DNA of 64,000 nucleotides from Candidatus Bathyarchaeota archaeon (GTDB taxonomy: Archaea > Thermoproteota > Bathyarchaeia > TCS64): NCBI GenBank assembly GCA_963771885.1, contig CAVYVF010000023.1, positions 951,079 through 1,015,078 on the forward strand, given 5' to 3'. The position numbers were made by a program, and so were the translations under genes. A model generated the notes under the pieces. It saw only the letters and a program-made list of their open reading frames with translations, did no database searches and was not told where the DNA came from. Positions 44,633 to 53,699 of the stretch are shown here, piece by piece; position 1 is the stretch's first letter; each line of letters begins with the position of its first letter.

Positions 44633-44638
44633 ATGTCC

Positions 44639-44981
44639 TCACGCGTCCTCTTTGCCGTTGTAGTAGTACCTGAGTGCTAGGAAGGTGCATCCGCCTATGA
44701 TTAGCGCCGAGTTGATCACTATCATTGACTCGAGCTGGACCCCTCCGAGGAACTCGATGGCGATAATATTGTAGAAGTTGAGGGCGATTAAGTAGTAGAA
44801 GGTGAGTAGCATTGTAACTAGCGCCGCTTTGCCCTGTATCCTCTTCGTCCGCTCGTCCTCGAGCGGGTAACCAGACTTCGCCTGCATTACCGTATAAGTA
44901 AGGATACGCCGCGATGCCCACTATTACAAGGGCGATCGCGGGTATCGAATACTGCCATACGCTCATCCAAACATCACTCAT
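44639..44981 (-). CDS. Small membrane protein (DUF2178-like), frameshift near 44890
   Basis: EDERTKRIQGKAA motif plus TM helices; a typical partner of this HTH family. Confidence 0.7.
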
Positions 44982-45081
44982 GTTACATCCACCACACAAT
45001 ATGTTGTGTTATTCTAACACTGTGTTAGAACTACCACACTAAAGATATAAGCATTATGGTGAAGAGGCGAAAACCCAGGTC

Positions 45082-45914
45082 TCATCGCGGCGAGACGAAG
45101 CTGATTGTATAGGCTGCGCCGTCCAGCGGAGACGTTTGAGATGTCTACGAGGTCGTTAGCCATCCTGCCTCGTAGGTAGACGATGCTATGGGGGAAGCCC
45201 GTGATGCCCCCTGTTCTACCCTCGACGGTTGCGGAGCAGTCGGTGAACGTCAAGTTGCCGAAGTTGGCGAGGGGGTATTGGACGCGGTTGATAGTTGGCC
45301 TCTCGACTATCCACTCCGCCGAGAGCATTGTCGAGTTGTACTGGAAGCTTCTCTGGTAGGCTTGGTTATTCGATAGGTTTCTGATTCTCGACAAGCCACG
45401 TGTCCGATGCAGAGTCTTGTAAGGTCACGGAGGCTGTTACGGCGTCTCCGGGGGTGAGGGTCATGTTGAGGTAGACGGCGTCTGCGGGGAGGAGTTCGTA
45501 CCATGCTAGGTACCTCGCCTGTCCGTTCACCCAGCTGTGCTCTGTCCCCGTCTGGATGAGTGATTCGTCGTATTGCCCGCCTATACCAACCCAGGCGGCG
45601 GAGTAGCTTTCAGCGGAGGCGCTGACCTCGGGCACCGTCCACGAGCCCCTAACGGCTGTGACCACAGGCTGGGGTGAGGCGAGGTCTGATGATACCGTGT
45701 AGCCAGCCCAGTCGGCGCTAACGAGCTGTTGGCTCGGGTAGAATATGAGGATCGGCGTACTCGTGTTGAACCTCAGGAACCATACGGCAGCCCCAGCGGC
45801 AAGAAGGATTACGAAGAGGATCAGATAGATTGCTGTCCGATTGCCTGTCTTCGGGGGTGGCAAAGGCTCTGGGACGACGGGAGGCGTTGGCTCCTGGGCT
45901 GGCACTTCTGACAT
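45082..45914 (-). CDS. Membrane-anchored G1 (glutamic) peptidase, frameshifts near 45385 and about 45128
   Basis: SADWAGY, AAWVGIGG, LIQTG (catalytic Q), AWYELLP, SAEWIVERP (catalytic E). Confidence 0.85.
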
Positions 45915-45973
45915 GTCGTGGCTTCGCTGGAAACGGCTAATCTTTAACCTTCTCTGCGAAGAGTGTCTTTGTC

Positions 45974-46426
45974 ATGAGGAGCCTCGTCGTCGGCGTCGGC
46001 AACCTGCTTTGCACGGACGATGGCGTGGGTATACACGTTATCGAGAGGCTCGACGCACTGCACCGTGGGGTTGAGACCATCGACGCGGCGATGGGCAGCA
46101 TCGAGATTATCGAGGCAATGAGGGGTTACGACCGGGCGATCATAGTTGATGCGATCCAGACGGGTGCAGATCCCGGTGACATACACAGGGTGAACTTGGC
46201 TGCGGGTGAGAAGCCTCCCAGGTTAACTCACAGCCACGGTACAGATATCCTAACCACGATCCAGCTTGGCTACCGTCTCTACGGGGGGGAGATGCCGCGT
46301 GAGATCACGCTCATCGCTGTCGAGGCGGAGGACATGACCACCATAAGCGACAAATTAACGCCAATGGTCGAGAAGGCAGTCGCCGAGGTCATCAATATCA
46401 TACTGGGTCTCGTCGGCGTTGCCTGA
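45974..46426 (+). CDS. Hydrogenase maturation protease
   Basis: GVGNLLCTDDGVG, IIVDAI, HSHG. Confidence 0.92.
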   Translation: MRSLVVGVGNLLCTDDGVGIHVIERLDALHRGVETIDAAMGSIEIIEAMRGYDRAIIVDAIQTGADPGDIHRVNLAAGEKPPRLTHSHGTDILTTIQLGYRLYGGEMPREITLIAVEAEDMTTISDKLTPMVEKAVAEVINIILGLVGVA

Positions 46427-46466
46427 TTCTAAAATATTAATAACCGTAAAGGCACTACAACCACCT

Positions 46467-46898
46467 ATGGTTAAGCTAGAAGGGTTCGATTTCCCCGACG
46501 ATCTATACTTCCACCGTGAGCACATGTGGGTCAAGGTCGAGGGTGACAAGGTCCGCGTCGGCTACAACGACTGGGCGCAGAAGGCGGCTGGCAAGCTTCT
46601 CAGCCTAAAGACGAAGCGCCCCGGTGCCCCGGTGGAGATGGGCAAGACTCTGGGCAGCATCGAGTCTGGAAAGTGGGTCGGCAGCCTCAAGGTTCCCGTC
46701 ACCGGGGAGCTCGTACAGCTCAACGAGGACGTCCTTAAGACGCCGAACCTGATTAACAGCGACCCTTACGGTAAGGGTTGGGTCGCAATGATCAAACCCA
46801 GTAAGTTGCAGGATGAGCTCAAGATGCTCATCAGCGGTAAGGATGCTGCTGGGCTCGAGGCTTGGCTGAAGGAAGAGCGCGCCAAGGCGAAGGCATAG
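46467..46898 (+). CDS. Lipoyl-carrier protein, GcvH fold, LbpA-like
   Basis: FPDDLYF..EHMWV, lipoyl-lysine in IESGKWVG, INSDPYGKGW. Confidence 0.88.
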   Translation: MVKLEGFDFPDDLYFHREHMWVKVEGDKVRVGYNDWAQKAAGKLLSLKTKRPGAPVEMGKTLGSIESGKWVGSLKVPVTGELVQLNEDVLKTPNLINSDPYGKGWVAMIKPSKLQDELKMLISGKDAAGLEAWLKEERAKAKA

Positions 46899-46910
46899 GG
46901 GTCTGAGACC

Positions 46911-48002
46911 ATAGAGAACTGGAGACTCGTCGACCTAGGTCACCCTGAGCCGCTCATAGCGCAGGCCTTTTACGAGTCAGTCGCCGAGGCTGTGGAGCGG
47001 GGAAGCAGCCCTAATACCCTGATCATGCTTCAGCCGGGCGCGCCTTACGCTTGCGTCGGATACCACCAGGACCTGGAGAAGGAGCTCGACCTCGATTATT
47101 GTAAAAGTGTTGGGTTACCCATCATCCGCAGGAGTCAGGGGGGAGGGGCGACGTACCTCGATGGTAGTCAGGTCTTCTACCAGATTGTCGCGAAGAAGAC
47201 AGGCGCATTCCCCAAGGCGGTCGACGAGATGTTCAAGAAGCTCCTCACCGTTACCATCGAGACCTACCGCCACTTCGGCGTCCCGGCGGAGTTCAAGCCT
47301 CTGAACGACGTCGTTGCTAGGGGCAAGAAGCTGAGCGGTAACGGCGCGAGCATGAACGGCTCCACCTCTATCATGGTGGGGAACGTCATCCTCGACATGA
47401 ACTATGAGATGATGGCGCGCGTCCTCCGGGTCCCAGATGAAAAGTTCAGGGACAAGATGGCGAAGAGCATGAGGGACTGGGTGAGCAGCCTCAAGGCTGA
47501 GTTGCCCAACCCCCCAGACGGCGAGGAGGTGAAGCGCGTCTACCAGAGGGCGTTTCAGGAGCTCCTCGGCGTGAAGCTATCGAAGGCGGAGCCTACGGCG
47601 GAGGAGTGGCGCATCTACGATACGGAGACGAAGCCCCGGAACCTGAGTCACGAGTGGCTCTACATGGAGGCGCCTTATTCGACCCGTAAGCCGGGGAGAG
47701 CCGTAAAGATCGCGCACGAGGTCAAGGTCGTCGAGGTTGACCACAAGGCGGGTAAGCTGATACGCATCAGGACCGAGACGAAGGGCGATGAGATACTCGA
47801 CATTAGGATAACTGGCGACTTCTTCACAATCCCAAAGGAGGCGATATTCCACCTTGAGGATGCTCTCAGGGGCAAGCGCCTCGAAGAGGAGACGCTACGC
47901 GCAGCGGTAAAGGGATTTTACGATGATGAGAAGCCGGAGATGCCCGGTGTCGGCCCCGAGGATGTCGTGCAGGCGCTCCTAAAAGTCAAGGCGCTGCTCT
48001 AG
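46911..48002 (+). CDS. Lipoate-protein ligase with C-terminal LplB-like domain (sLpl(AB)-like); probable ATA start
   Basis: WRLVDLG, VGYHQ, RRSQGGGATYLD, KKLSGNG, IRITGDFF. Confidence 0.88.
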   Translation: MENWRLVDLGHPEPLIAQAFYESVAEAVERGSSPNTLIMLQPGAPYACVGYHQDLEKELDLDYCKSVGLPIIRRSQGGGATYLDGSQVFYQIVAKKTGAFPKAVDEMFKKLLTVTIETYRHFGVPAEFKPLNDVVARGKKLSGNGASMNGSTSIMVGNVILDMNYEMMARVLRVPDEKFRDKMAKSMRDWVSSLKAELPNPPDGEEVKRVYQRAFQELLGVKLSKAEPTAEEWRIYDTETKPRNLSHEWLYMEAPYSTRKPGRAVKIAHEVKVVEVDHKAGKLIRIRTETKGDEILDIRITGDFFTIPKEAIFHLEDALRGKRLEEETLRAAVKGFYDDEKPEMPGVGPEDVVQALLKVKALL

Positions 48003-49489
48003 TTTTTTAGGCTGGCCTCTGCTAGGCAGAGTTTCTCCTCGGCCTGCCTCAACTTCTCGAGCCGGGCTTCGCGCCGCTTCTCCTGCTTCCCGACGCCGAT
48101 GTTCAGGTTCTTTATCATCTTGAGTACGGAGCTGGGGGCTGGTCCGCCGATGGTGTCGCGCCTCTTGAGGTTCTGGATTGGGTCTAGGGCGGATCTGATG
48201 TCTGCCTTTGATACCGTGATTTGTTTGCCGATCACCTTTCCGGATGCCTCCTCGATCATCTCGGGCGAAATATCCTCCGCCTTCTTGCCACTCTGGAGCG
48301 CCATGAGGACGACCTCGACGATGATGTCGTGTGCCTGGCGGAAGCTGAGGTCGTGGCTCCTTACGAGGGCGTCTGCGAGGTCGGTGGCGGTTGTGAAGCC
48401 ATCCCTGAGGTTCTTCATCATGACCTCCTTCTTCGGGATGAGGGTTGCGACGGCACCCGCCATGACGTTGGTGCTGCCGACGGCAGTGTCGACGGCGACG
48501 GGCTCGACGAGGAGCCTATCCACCGTGTTAGTGTAGGTTATCCCCTTGACGGATGTGACGGCGGTGACAAGGTTTCCTATTGACTCAGCGGAGTAGCCCT
48601 TTATGTACTCGAACTCGAGGGGGTTCTTCTTCTGCGGCATTATGCTGCTGGTCCCCGCATATGCTTCGTCGAGGTCTATCATGTTGTATTCGTCGCTGCT
48701 CCAAATCTGGAGGTCCTCGGCGAGGCGTCCGAGCTGCGTCATGTGGATCGCGATGGCTGAAGCGAGCTCGATAGCGTAATCGGTGGTGGCGACGGAGTCG
48801 GTGGTGTTCTCGCATAGTTCGTCGAAGCCGAGGAGTTCCTTGACGCGGTGGCGGTCCACGCCCCAGCTCGTGCCCGCGAAGGCGGCGGAGCCCATCGTAC
48901 TCAGGTTCGCGCGACTGTAGACACCCTCTAGGCGGTCAACGGTGCGTGCCGCGGCCTCGACGTGGGCGAGTATATAGTGGGCGAGTGTGACGGGTTGGGC
49001 TTGTCTGATGTGTGTGTAGCCAGGCATCAGCGTGTCAACGTTGTCCTCCGCTTTCTCGATGAGCCTCCGCTGGAAGGCGATGACGGCGCCGATGAGGCGC
49101 TCCGTCTGGTCGCGCAGGAAGATGCGGCGCTGGGCGTGGCCGAGATCGTTCCGGCTCCTTCCTATGTGCATCTTGCCGCCGACGTCGCCGACCCTCTTTA
49201 TCAAGGCGGTCTCGGTGGACATGTAGCCTACGAGGCTCGGGTCGCCCTCAGCCACCTTCGCCACAGCCTTGATCCCCTCTAGGATCGTCCTTGCCTCTTC
49301 CCGTGTGATGATGCCCTGCTCGGCGAGCATCGCTGTGTGGGCGCGGTGAATCTTTACCTGTCCGTAGTAGCTCGCCACGTCGAAGCTACGCGGGTTCCGT
49401 CTCCACATGTTCAGTTCGGTTATCTCGGGGGCCTCCGCTTTTCTAGCGCGCCCGAATCGTTCCCAATCCGCTTTAGGCTGCTTGCTCAT
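47999..49489 (-). CDS. Argininosuccinate lyase-family enzyme (divergent)
   Basis: GRSRND, MPGYTH...AQP, GTSSIMPQKKNP, ATDLAD, SFRQAH. Confidence 0.85.
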   Translation of the reverse strand: MSKQPKADWERFGRARKAEAPEITELNMWRRNPRSFDVASYYGQVKIHRAHTAMLAEQGIITREEARTILEGIKAVAKVAEGDPSLVGYMSTETALIKRVGDVGGKMHIGRSRNDLGHAQRRIFLRDQTERLIGAVIAFQRRLIEKAEDNVDTLMPGYTHIRQAQPVTLAHYILAHVEAAARTVDRLEGVYSRANLSTMGSAAFAGTSWGVDRHRVKELLGFDELCENTTDSVATTDYAIELASAIAIHMTQLGRLAEDLQIWSSDEYNMIDLDEAYAGTSSIMPQKKNPLEFEYIKGYSAESIGNLVTAVTSVKGITYTNTVDRLLVEPVAVDTAVGSTNVMAGAVATLIPKKEVMMKNLRDGFTTATDLADALVRSHDLSFRQAHDIIVEVVLMALQSGKKAEDISPEMIEEASGKVIGKQITVSKADIRSALDPIQNLKRRDTIGGPAPSSVLKMIKNLNIGVGKQEKRREARLEKLRQAEEKLCLAEASLKN

Positions 49490-49542
49490 CGTGTGTCAAT
49501 ATGGGGTTCGCCGACAGCGTTTAAAACTGGGGCTTACTCGGG

Positions 49543-50193
49543 GTGAGTTTTAATACGTGGCACTCCCCCCGATTGTCTGTGCCTTATGACTTCGACTTCG
49601 ACCTGTCGCGGCTACCGAGGCAGTTCTTCGGGGAGCTATCGCGGGTCGCGGAGGAGAAGCAGCTACATAGAAGATTCGGGCTGACGGCGAGGGAGCTTGC
49701 GGAGAGGTTCAGGTTGAGCGAGGCGACGGGCCTCGACGTCCAGACTCTTCTCTTCCTCATGGAGGACCTCGCCGACGTCCAGATAATGAACCTTAATCAC
49801 AGGAAGAAGTTCGTGGCTTCCAGTAAAAGAGCACTCTTCCTACCTCACTGCGCCCGCGCGCACATGGACAGCGGCTGTAAGGCGGAGTTCGACGCGAGTG
49901 TGCCGTCGTATCGGTGCGCCCACTGTTCTGGTGACTGCCTCGTGGGGCAGGCGGCGGCGCTTGGCGAGAAGAAAGGCTACTCCGTCTTCATCGTACCCGG
50001 AGGTTCCTGCATACCTAAGATTATCAAGGCGGGGGGCTTCGAGGGCGTCGTCGGCGTCGCCTGCGGTATGGAGCTCGCGCCCGCGCTGAAGATCATGCAG
50101 AAGTTCGACCTCCCTGGGCAGGCTGTCCCGCTGATAAAGAATGGCTGCGCGAACACTGCCTTCAACTTGCACATCCTAGAGTCCGTGCTCTAG
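49543..50193 (+). CDS. DUF116 domain protein
   Basis: LFLPHC..C..CAHC..DC, IVPGGS, VGVAC, GC.NT. Confidence 0.8.
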   Translation: MSFNTWHSPRLSVPYDFDFDLSRLPRQFFGELSRVAEEKQLHRRFGLTARELAERFRLSEATGLDVQTLLFLMEDLADVQIMNLNHRKKFVASSKRALFLPHCARAHMDSGCKAEFDASVPSYRCAHCSGDCLVGQAAALGEKKGYSVFIVPGGSCIPKIIKAGGFEGVVGVACGMELAPALKIMQKFDLPGQAVPLIKNGCANTAFNLHILESVL

Positions 50194-50237
50194 CTGTGTG
50201 AAAAGTATCTTAAGGAGTAGTCATCTACCCTTGGGCG

Positions 50238-51122
50238 GTGTCTATGCTAGTCGAGAAAAGGTTCCGCGTTGGCGACGCGACGCTCAACTACGCCGAGGGT
50301 GCTGGAGGTAACCCTCCGATAGTTCTCACGCACGGGTTGACGGACCGTTGGCAGTACTATCTGCCCATTATGCCGTGGCTTGAGGCAAGGTGGCACGTCT
50401 ACGCCCTCGACTTCAGGGGGCACGGGCAATCGAGCAGGACGCCGCCGTACAGGTATCGGGACCACATCGCCGACGCGACTGGCTTTATCGAGGGGTGTGT
50501 CAGGGAGCCCGTTGTTCTCTTCGGCTCCTCGATGGGGGGCATGGTTGCGCTTATGGTGGCGGCGAGGCGCCCCGACCTTGTCAAGGCGGTCGTCTTCGGC
50601 GACTCCAGCATAAAGACTGACAGGACGCGCGCCGTAATGAGGGATTTCCACAGCTACTGGGCGGGTTGGGAGAAGCTCGCTAGCTATAAGGGACCGTTCA
50701 GTGAGCTAGTGAAGTTAGTCGCGGAGATGCCCGTTAACGTTCCTGGGCAGGGAAAGAAGACCTACGGAGAGGGCCTTGACACGATAGCCTTGATGAACAA
50801 GGCAAACTATCTCCGCTGCGTCGACCCCGCCGTTCTCAAGGACTGGGCTGCTGGCGCAGAGGACGACGAGGCGTATAACCGCGTTATCGAAGGTTATGAT
50901 CACGAGGAGCTCAAGAACATCAGGTGCCCTGTCCTACTGATTCAGGGTAACCCTAAGAAGGGGGGCATATTCACCGACGAGGCGGTTGCCTTCGCCAAGG
51001 CGAACATAGGGAACCACTACCATGTCTACATCCCAGAGTACGACCACAACCTTGGGCTTTACAGCTGGGACACGGGTAAGCTCCTGCAGGCTGTCAACGT
51101 CTTTCTTGAGGCTCAGCGGTAG
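50238..51122 (+). CDS. Alpha/beta hydrolase
   Basis: THG, DFRGHGQS, GSSMGG nucleophile elbow, DH. Confidence 0.88.
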   Translation: MSMLVEKRFRVGDATLNYAEGAGGNPPIVLTHGLTDRWQYYLPIMPWLEARWHVYALDFRGHGQSSRTPPYRYRDHIADATGFIEGCVREPVVLFGSSMGGMVALMVAARRPDLVKAVVFGDSSIKTDRTRAVMRDFHSYWAGWEKLASYKGPFSELVKLVAEMPVNVPGQGKKTYGEGLDTIALMNKANYLRCVDPAVLKDWAAGAEDDEAYNRVIEGYDHEELKNIRCPVLLIQGNPKKGGIFTDEAVAFAKANIGNHYHVYIPEYDHNLGLYSWDTGKLLQAVNVFLEAQR

Positions 51123-51226
51123 CCTCCCCAGGCGAATTTTTGATACCGGGGAACCCTTATTTCATACCGTGACCAATCACCACCGCCTGAAGACCCGCGT
51201 CGACGGGTCCTCGGAGGTGAAAAGAG

Positions 51227-52612
51227 ATGAGGACAAACAGTTGGACGGACGAGCTTGAGAAGTTCATATTCCAGAGGATGACCGAGTCTGGGATAGTCGG
51301 CCTGAGCATTGCGACTATACGGGGCGGTGAGGTCAACTATCAGCGGGGCTTTGGGTTCCGCGACTTCCAGAAGGGTTGGAGTGCGACCCCTGAGACGATC
51401 TACTGCATAGGGAGCGTGACGAAGAGCTTCACGGCTCTCGCCATCATGCAGCTGATGGAGGCGGGGAAGCTCGGGCTCGAGGACCCCGTGGAGCAATGGC
51501 TCGACTTCAGGGAGCGCCCGATGGGTGAGAAGGTGCTCATTAAGCATCTGCTTAGCCACACGAGCGGCTTGTCGGCTCTAGGCTACGCGGAAGCGACGCT
51601 CGCCGCCGTGACGGATAAGCCTGATATCTGGCTCCCCATCTCGGACGCTGAGGACCTACTCGTCTTCGTCAGGGGTGCTGATGAGTGGGCTCTCGCGAAG
51701 CCGGGGGAGAGGCATGCATACCTCAACGAGGGTTACATTATGCTCGGCTCGATAGTGGAGAAGGCGTCTGGCCTCGACTATGCGGATTATGTGAAGGAGA
51801 AGATACTCACCCCTCTACACATGTACAGGAGCAGCCTCGAGGAGGACGACGTCGAGGGGGACGAGGACCTCGCGGTGCCCTACATTACGAACAGCGCGGG
51901 GGGCAAGGTGGCGACGCGGTACCCCTATGGGCAGATGATAAGCGACGGTGGGTTGATGAGCAGCGCCTCCGATATGGCGAACTACCTGAAGATGCTGCTC
52001 GGTAGGGGTGCCTTCGAAGGTAATCGCCTCGCCTCCGAGGAGTCGGTTATTGCGATGTGCTCTCCGGTGATTAAGATGCTCGACGAGCCGTTGAACGGCA
52101 TGGATTATCGTTACTACGGTTTCGGGCTTAGGATTAAGGACGGCTTCCTAGGGCACCGCCTCATCCAGCACTCGGGTAGCGTCTTCGGATCGAGCGCTTA
52201 CATCAACTTCGTCCCAGATGCGGGGGTAGGCGTCGCCATCCTCGCAAACGGAGGCTACTACCTCGAGGACATGGGTGAATACGCCACCGCCCTCCTCCTG
52301 GGTAGAAACCCGATGGATATTCCCCACTTCAAGAGGGGTGGGATACTCGACTCCCTCGTGGGGACGTACCGGACCTTCAAGGACACTTCCTCGTACAGGG
52401 TTCTTAGGAGCGGGGGGTTGCTGCAGCTTGAGCAGAAGTGGGGGGAGAGGGTCTTCACGACGCCGATGGTACCCATCGACATTGAAGGTGAAGTGAAGAT
52501 ATTCCGCACATACGGGGTTGACACGGTGACACCCACCGAGTTCTACACCAGGGATGGGGAGACCTTCTTCATCTACGAGAGGAACCTCTGCAGGCGCGTC
52601 GGCGAGGCCTAG
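51227..52612 (+). CDS. Serine hydrolase, beta-lactamase-like (Pab87-type peptidase)
   Basis: GSVTKS, LLSHTSG, YLN, HSG; no signal peptide; extra C-terminal domain. Confidence 0.85.
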   Translation: MRTNSWTDELEKFIFQRMTESGIVGLSIATIRGGEVNYQRGFGFRDFQKGWSATPETIYCIGSVTKSFTALAIMQLMEAGKLGLEDPVEQWLDFRERPMGEKVLIKHLLSHTSGLSALGYAEATLAAVTDKPDIWLPISDAEDLLVFVRGADEWALAKPGERHAYLNEGYIMLGSIVEKASGLDYADYVKEKILTPLHMYRSSLEEDDVEGDEDLAVPYITNSAGGKVATRYPYGQMISDGGLMSSASDMANYLKMLLGRGAFEGNRLASEESVIAMCSPVIKMLDEPLNGMDYRYYGFGLRIKDGFLGHRLIQHSGSVFGSSAYINFVPDAGVGVAILANGGYYLEDMGEYATALLLGRNPMDIPHFKRGGILDSLVGTYRTFKDTSSYRVLRSGGLLQLEQKWGERVFTTPMVPIDIEGEVKIFRTYGVDTVTPTEFYTRDGETFFIYERNLCRRVGEA

Positions 52613-52651
52613 TTCGGGTAGTTGTTTTATCCCTGATGGTCCCCTCTACGC

Positions 52652-53662
52652 ATGATTTCATTGATCGTGGATTCTCACGCCCACGTATTCGCTGCGGAGG
52701 CGATGGCGGGTCTAGAGGAAAAGTACAGGAAGTATGCACCTCAGCTGCGTGTCGAGGCTGGCAGCCACGTCATCGTGACTGGAGACAGGTCGAGCGGGCC
52801 GATGTCCTATATGCCCGGCTTCAGCGACGTCGGCGAGCGGCTCGCAGTGATGGAGAAGATGGGCGTGGACCTTCAGGTTGTCTCGGTGACGCCGGGGAAC
52901 TTTTGCTACGAGGCGCCGGTGGAAGCTGGAAGGGCGATCTCGGCTGCTCAGAACGACGCGATAGCGGAGATGGTCGAGGCACACCCCGATAGATTCGTGG
53001 GCTGCGCGACTGTGGCGCTGCAGGATCCGGAGTCGGCGGCGGCTGAGTTGAACAGATGTGTTCGTGACCAAGGGTTCAGAGCGGTTGAGATAGGGACGAA
53101 CGTCGCGGGGGTTAGCCTTGACTCGCCGGGGCTCGCGCCGTTCTACGCGGAGGCGGAGAAGTTGGGCACCCCGATTATAGTGCATCCGATTAACAACGCT
53201 GGAGCGGAGCGGATGCGTAGCTACTACCTTGGGAACATCGTTGGAAATCCGGCGGAATCGACGCTGGCGGTCGGCTGCGTCGTTTTCGGGGGCATCTTAG
53301 ACAGGTATCCCGGGTTGACCTTCTGCTGGAGCCATGGCGGGGGCTTTTGGCCTTATCAGGTGGGGCGCTTTGACCACGGCTACGATGTTCGCCCTGAGCC
53401 CAAACAATACATCTCTCGGCACCCGAGTGAGTACGCGTCGAGGATGTACTACGATACGATCACCCACAACGAGGGGGCGCTAGGCTTCCTTATCTCCTCT
53501 ATGGGGGCGAGTAATGTGATCTATGGGACGGACTTTCCCTGGGACATGGGGCAGTACGACTCGATACCCGTGATCAAGTCCTCGAAGCTTATCAAGAATG
53601 GGGATAAGGGAAAGATACTTGGGGAAACGAGTGCCCGCCTCTTCGACATTAATGTGAAATAA
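52652..53662 (+). CDS. Amidohydrolase_2 family (ACMSD-like decarboxylase/hydratase)
   Basis: DSHAH, IVHP, SHGGG, YYDT, GTDFP. Confidence 0.85.
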   Translation: MISLIVDSHAHVFAAEAMAGLEEKYRKYAPQLRVEAGSHVIVTGDRSSGPMSYMPGFSDVGERLAVMEKMGVDLQVVSVTPGNFCYEAPVEAGRAISAAQNDAIAEMVEAHPDRFVGCATVALQDPESAAAELNRCVRDQGFRAVEIGTNVAGVSLDSPGLAPFYAEAEKLGTPIIVHPINNAGAERMRSYYLGNIVGNPAESTLAVGCVVFGGILDRYPGLTFCWSHGGGFWPYQVGRFDHGYDVRPEPKQYISRHPSEYASRMYYDTITHNEGALGFLISSMGASNVIYGTDFPWDMGQYDSIPVIKSSKLIKNGDKGKILGETSARLFDINVK

Positions 53663-53699
53663 CTAGCTCCGATTTGGGGCGGAGCTGGGTTCCTCTATG

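Noticed and set aside
18243..45914. Mass pseudogenisation or programmed frameshifting of the hdr/mvh/tfr genes
   Set aside because: Breaks are single-base indels with no in-frame nonsense codons, catalytic motifs are intact, and no shared slippery heptamer is seen; sequencing error is more parsimonious
46467..46898. Glycine cleavage system
   Set aside because: No gcvP, gcvT or lpdA nearby, and the lipoyl motif is atypical for canonical GcvH
51227..52612. Beta-lactam resistance gene
   Set aside because: Cytoplasmic, with an extra C-terminal domain; fits archaeal Pab87-like peptidases better
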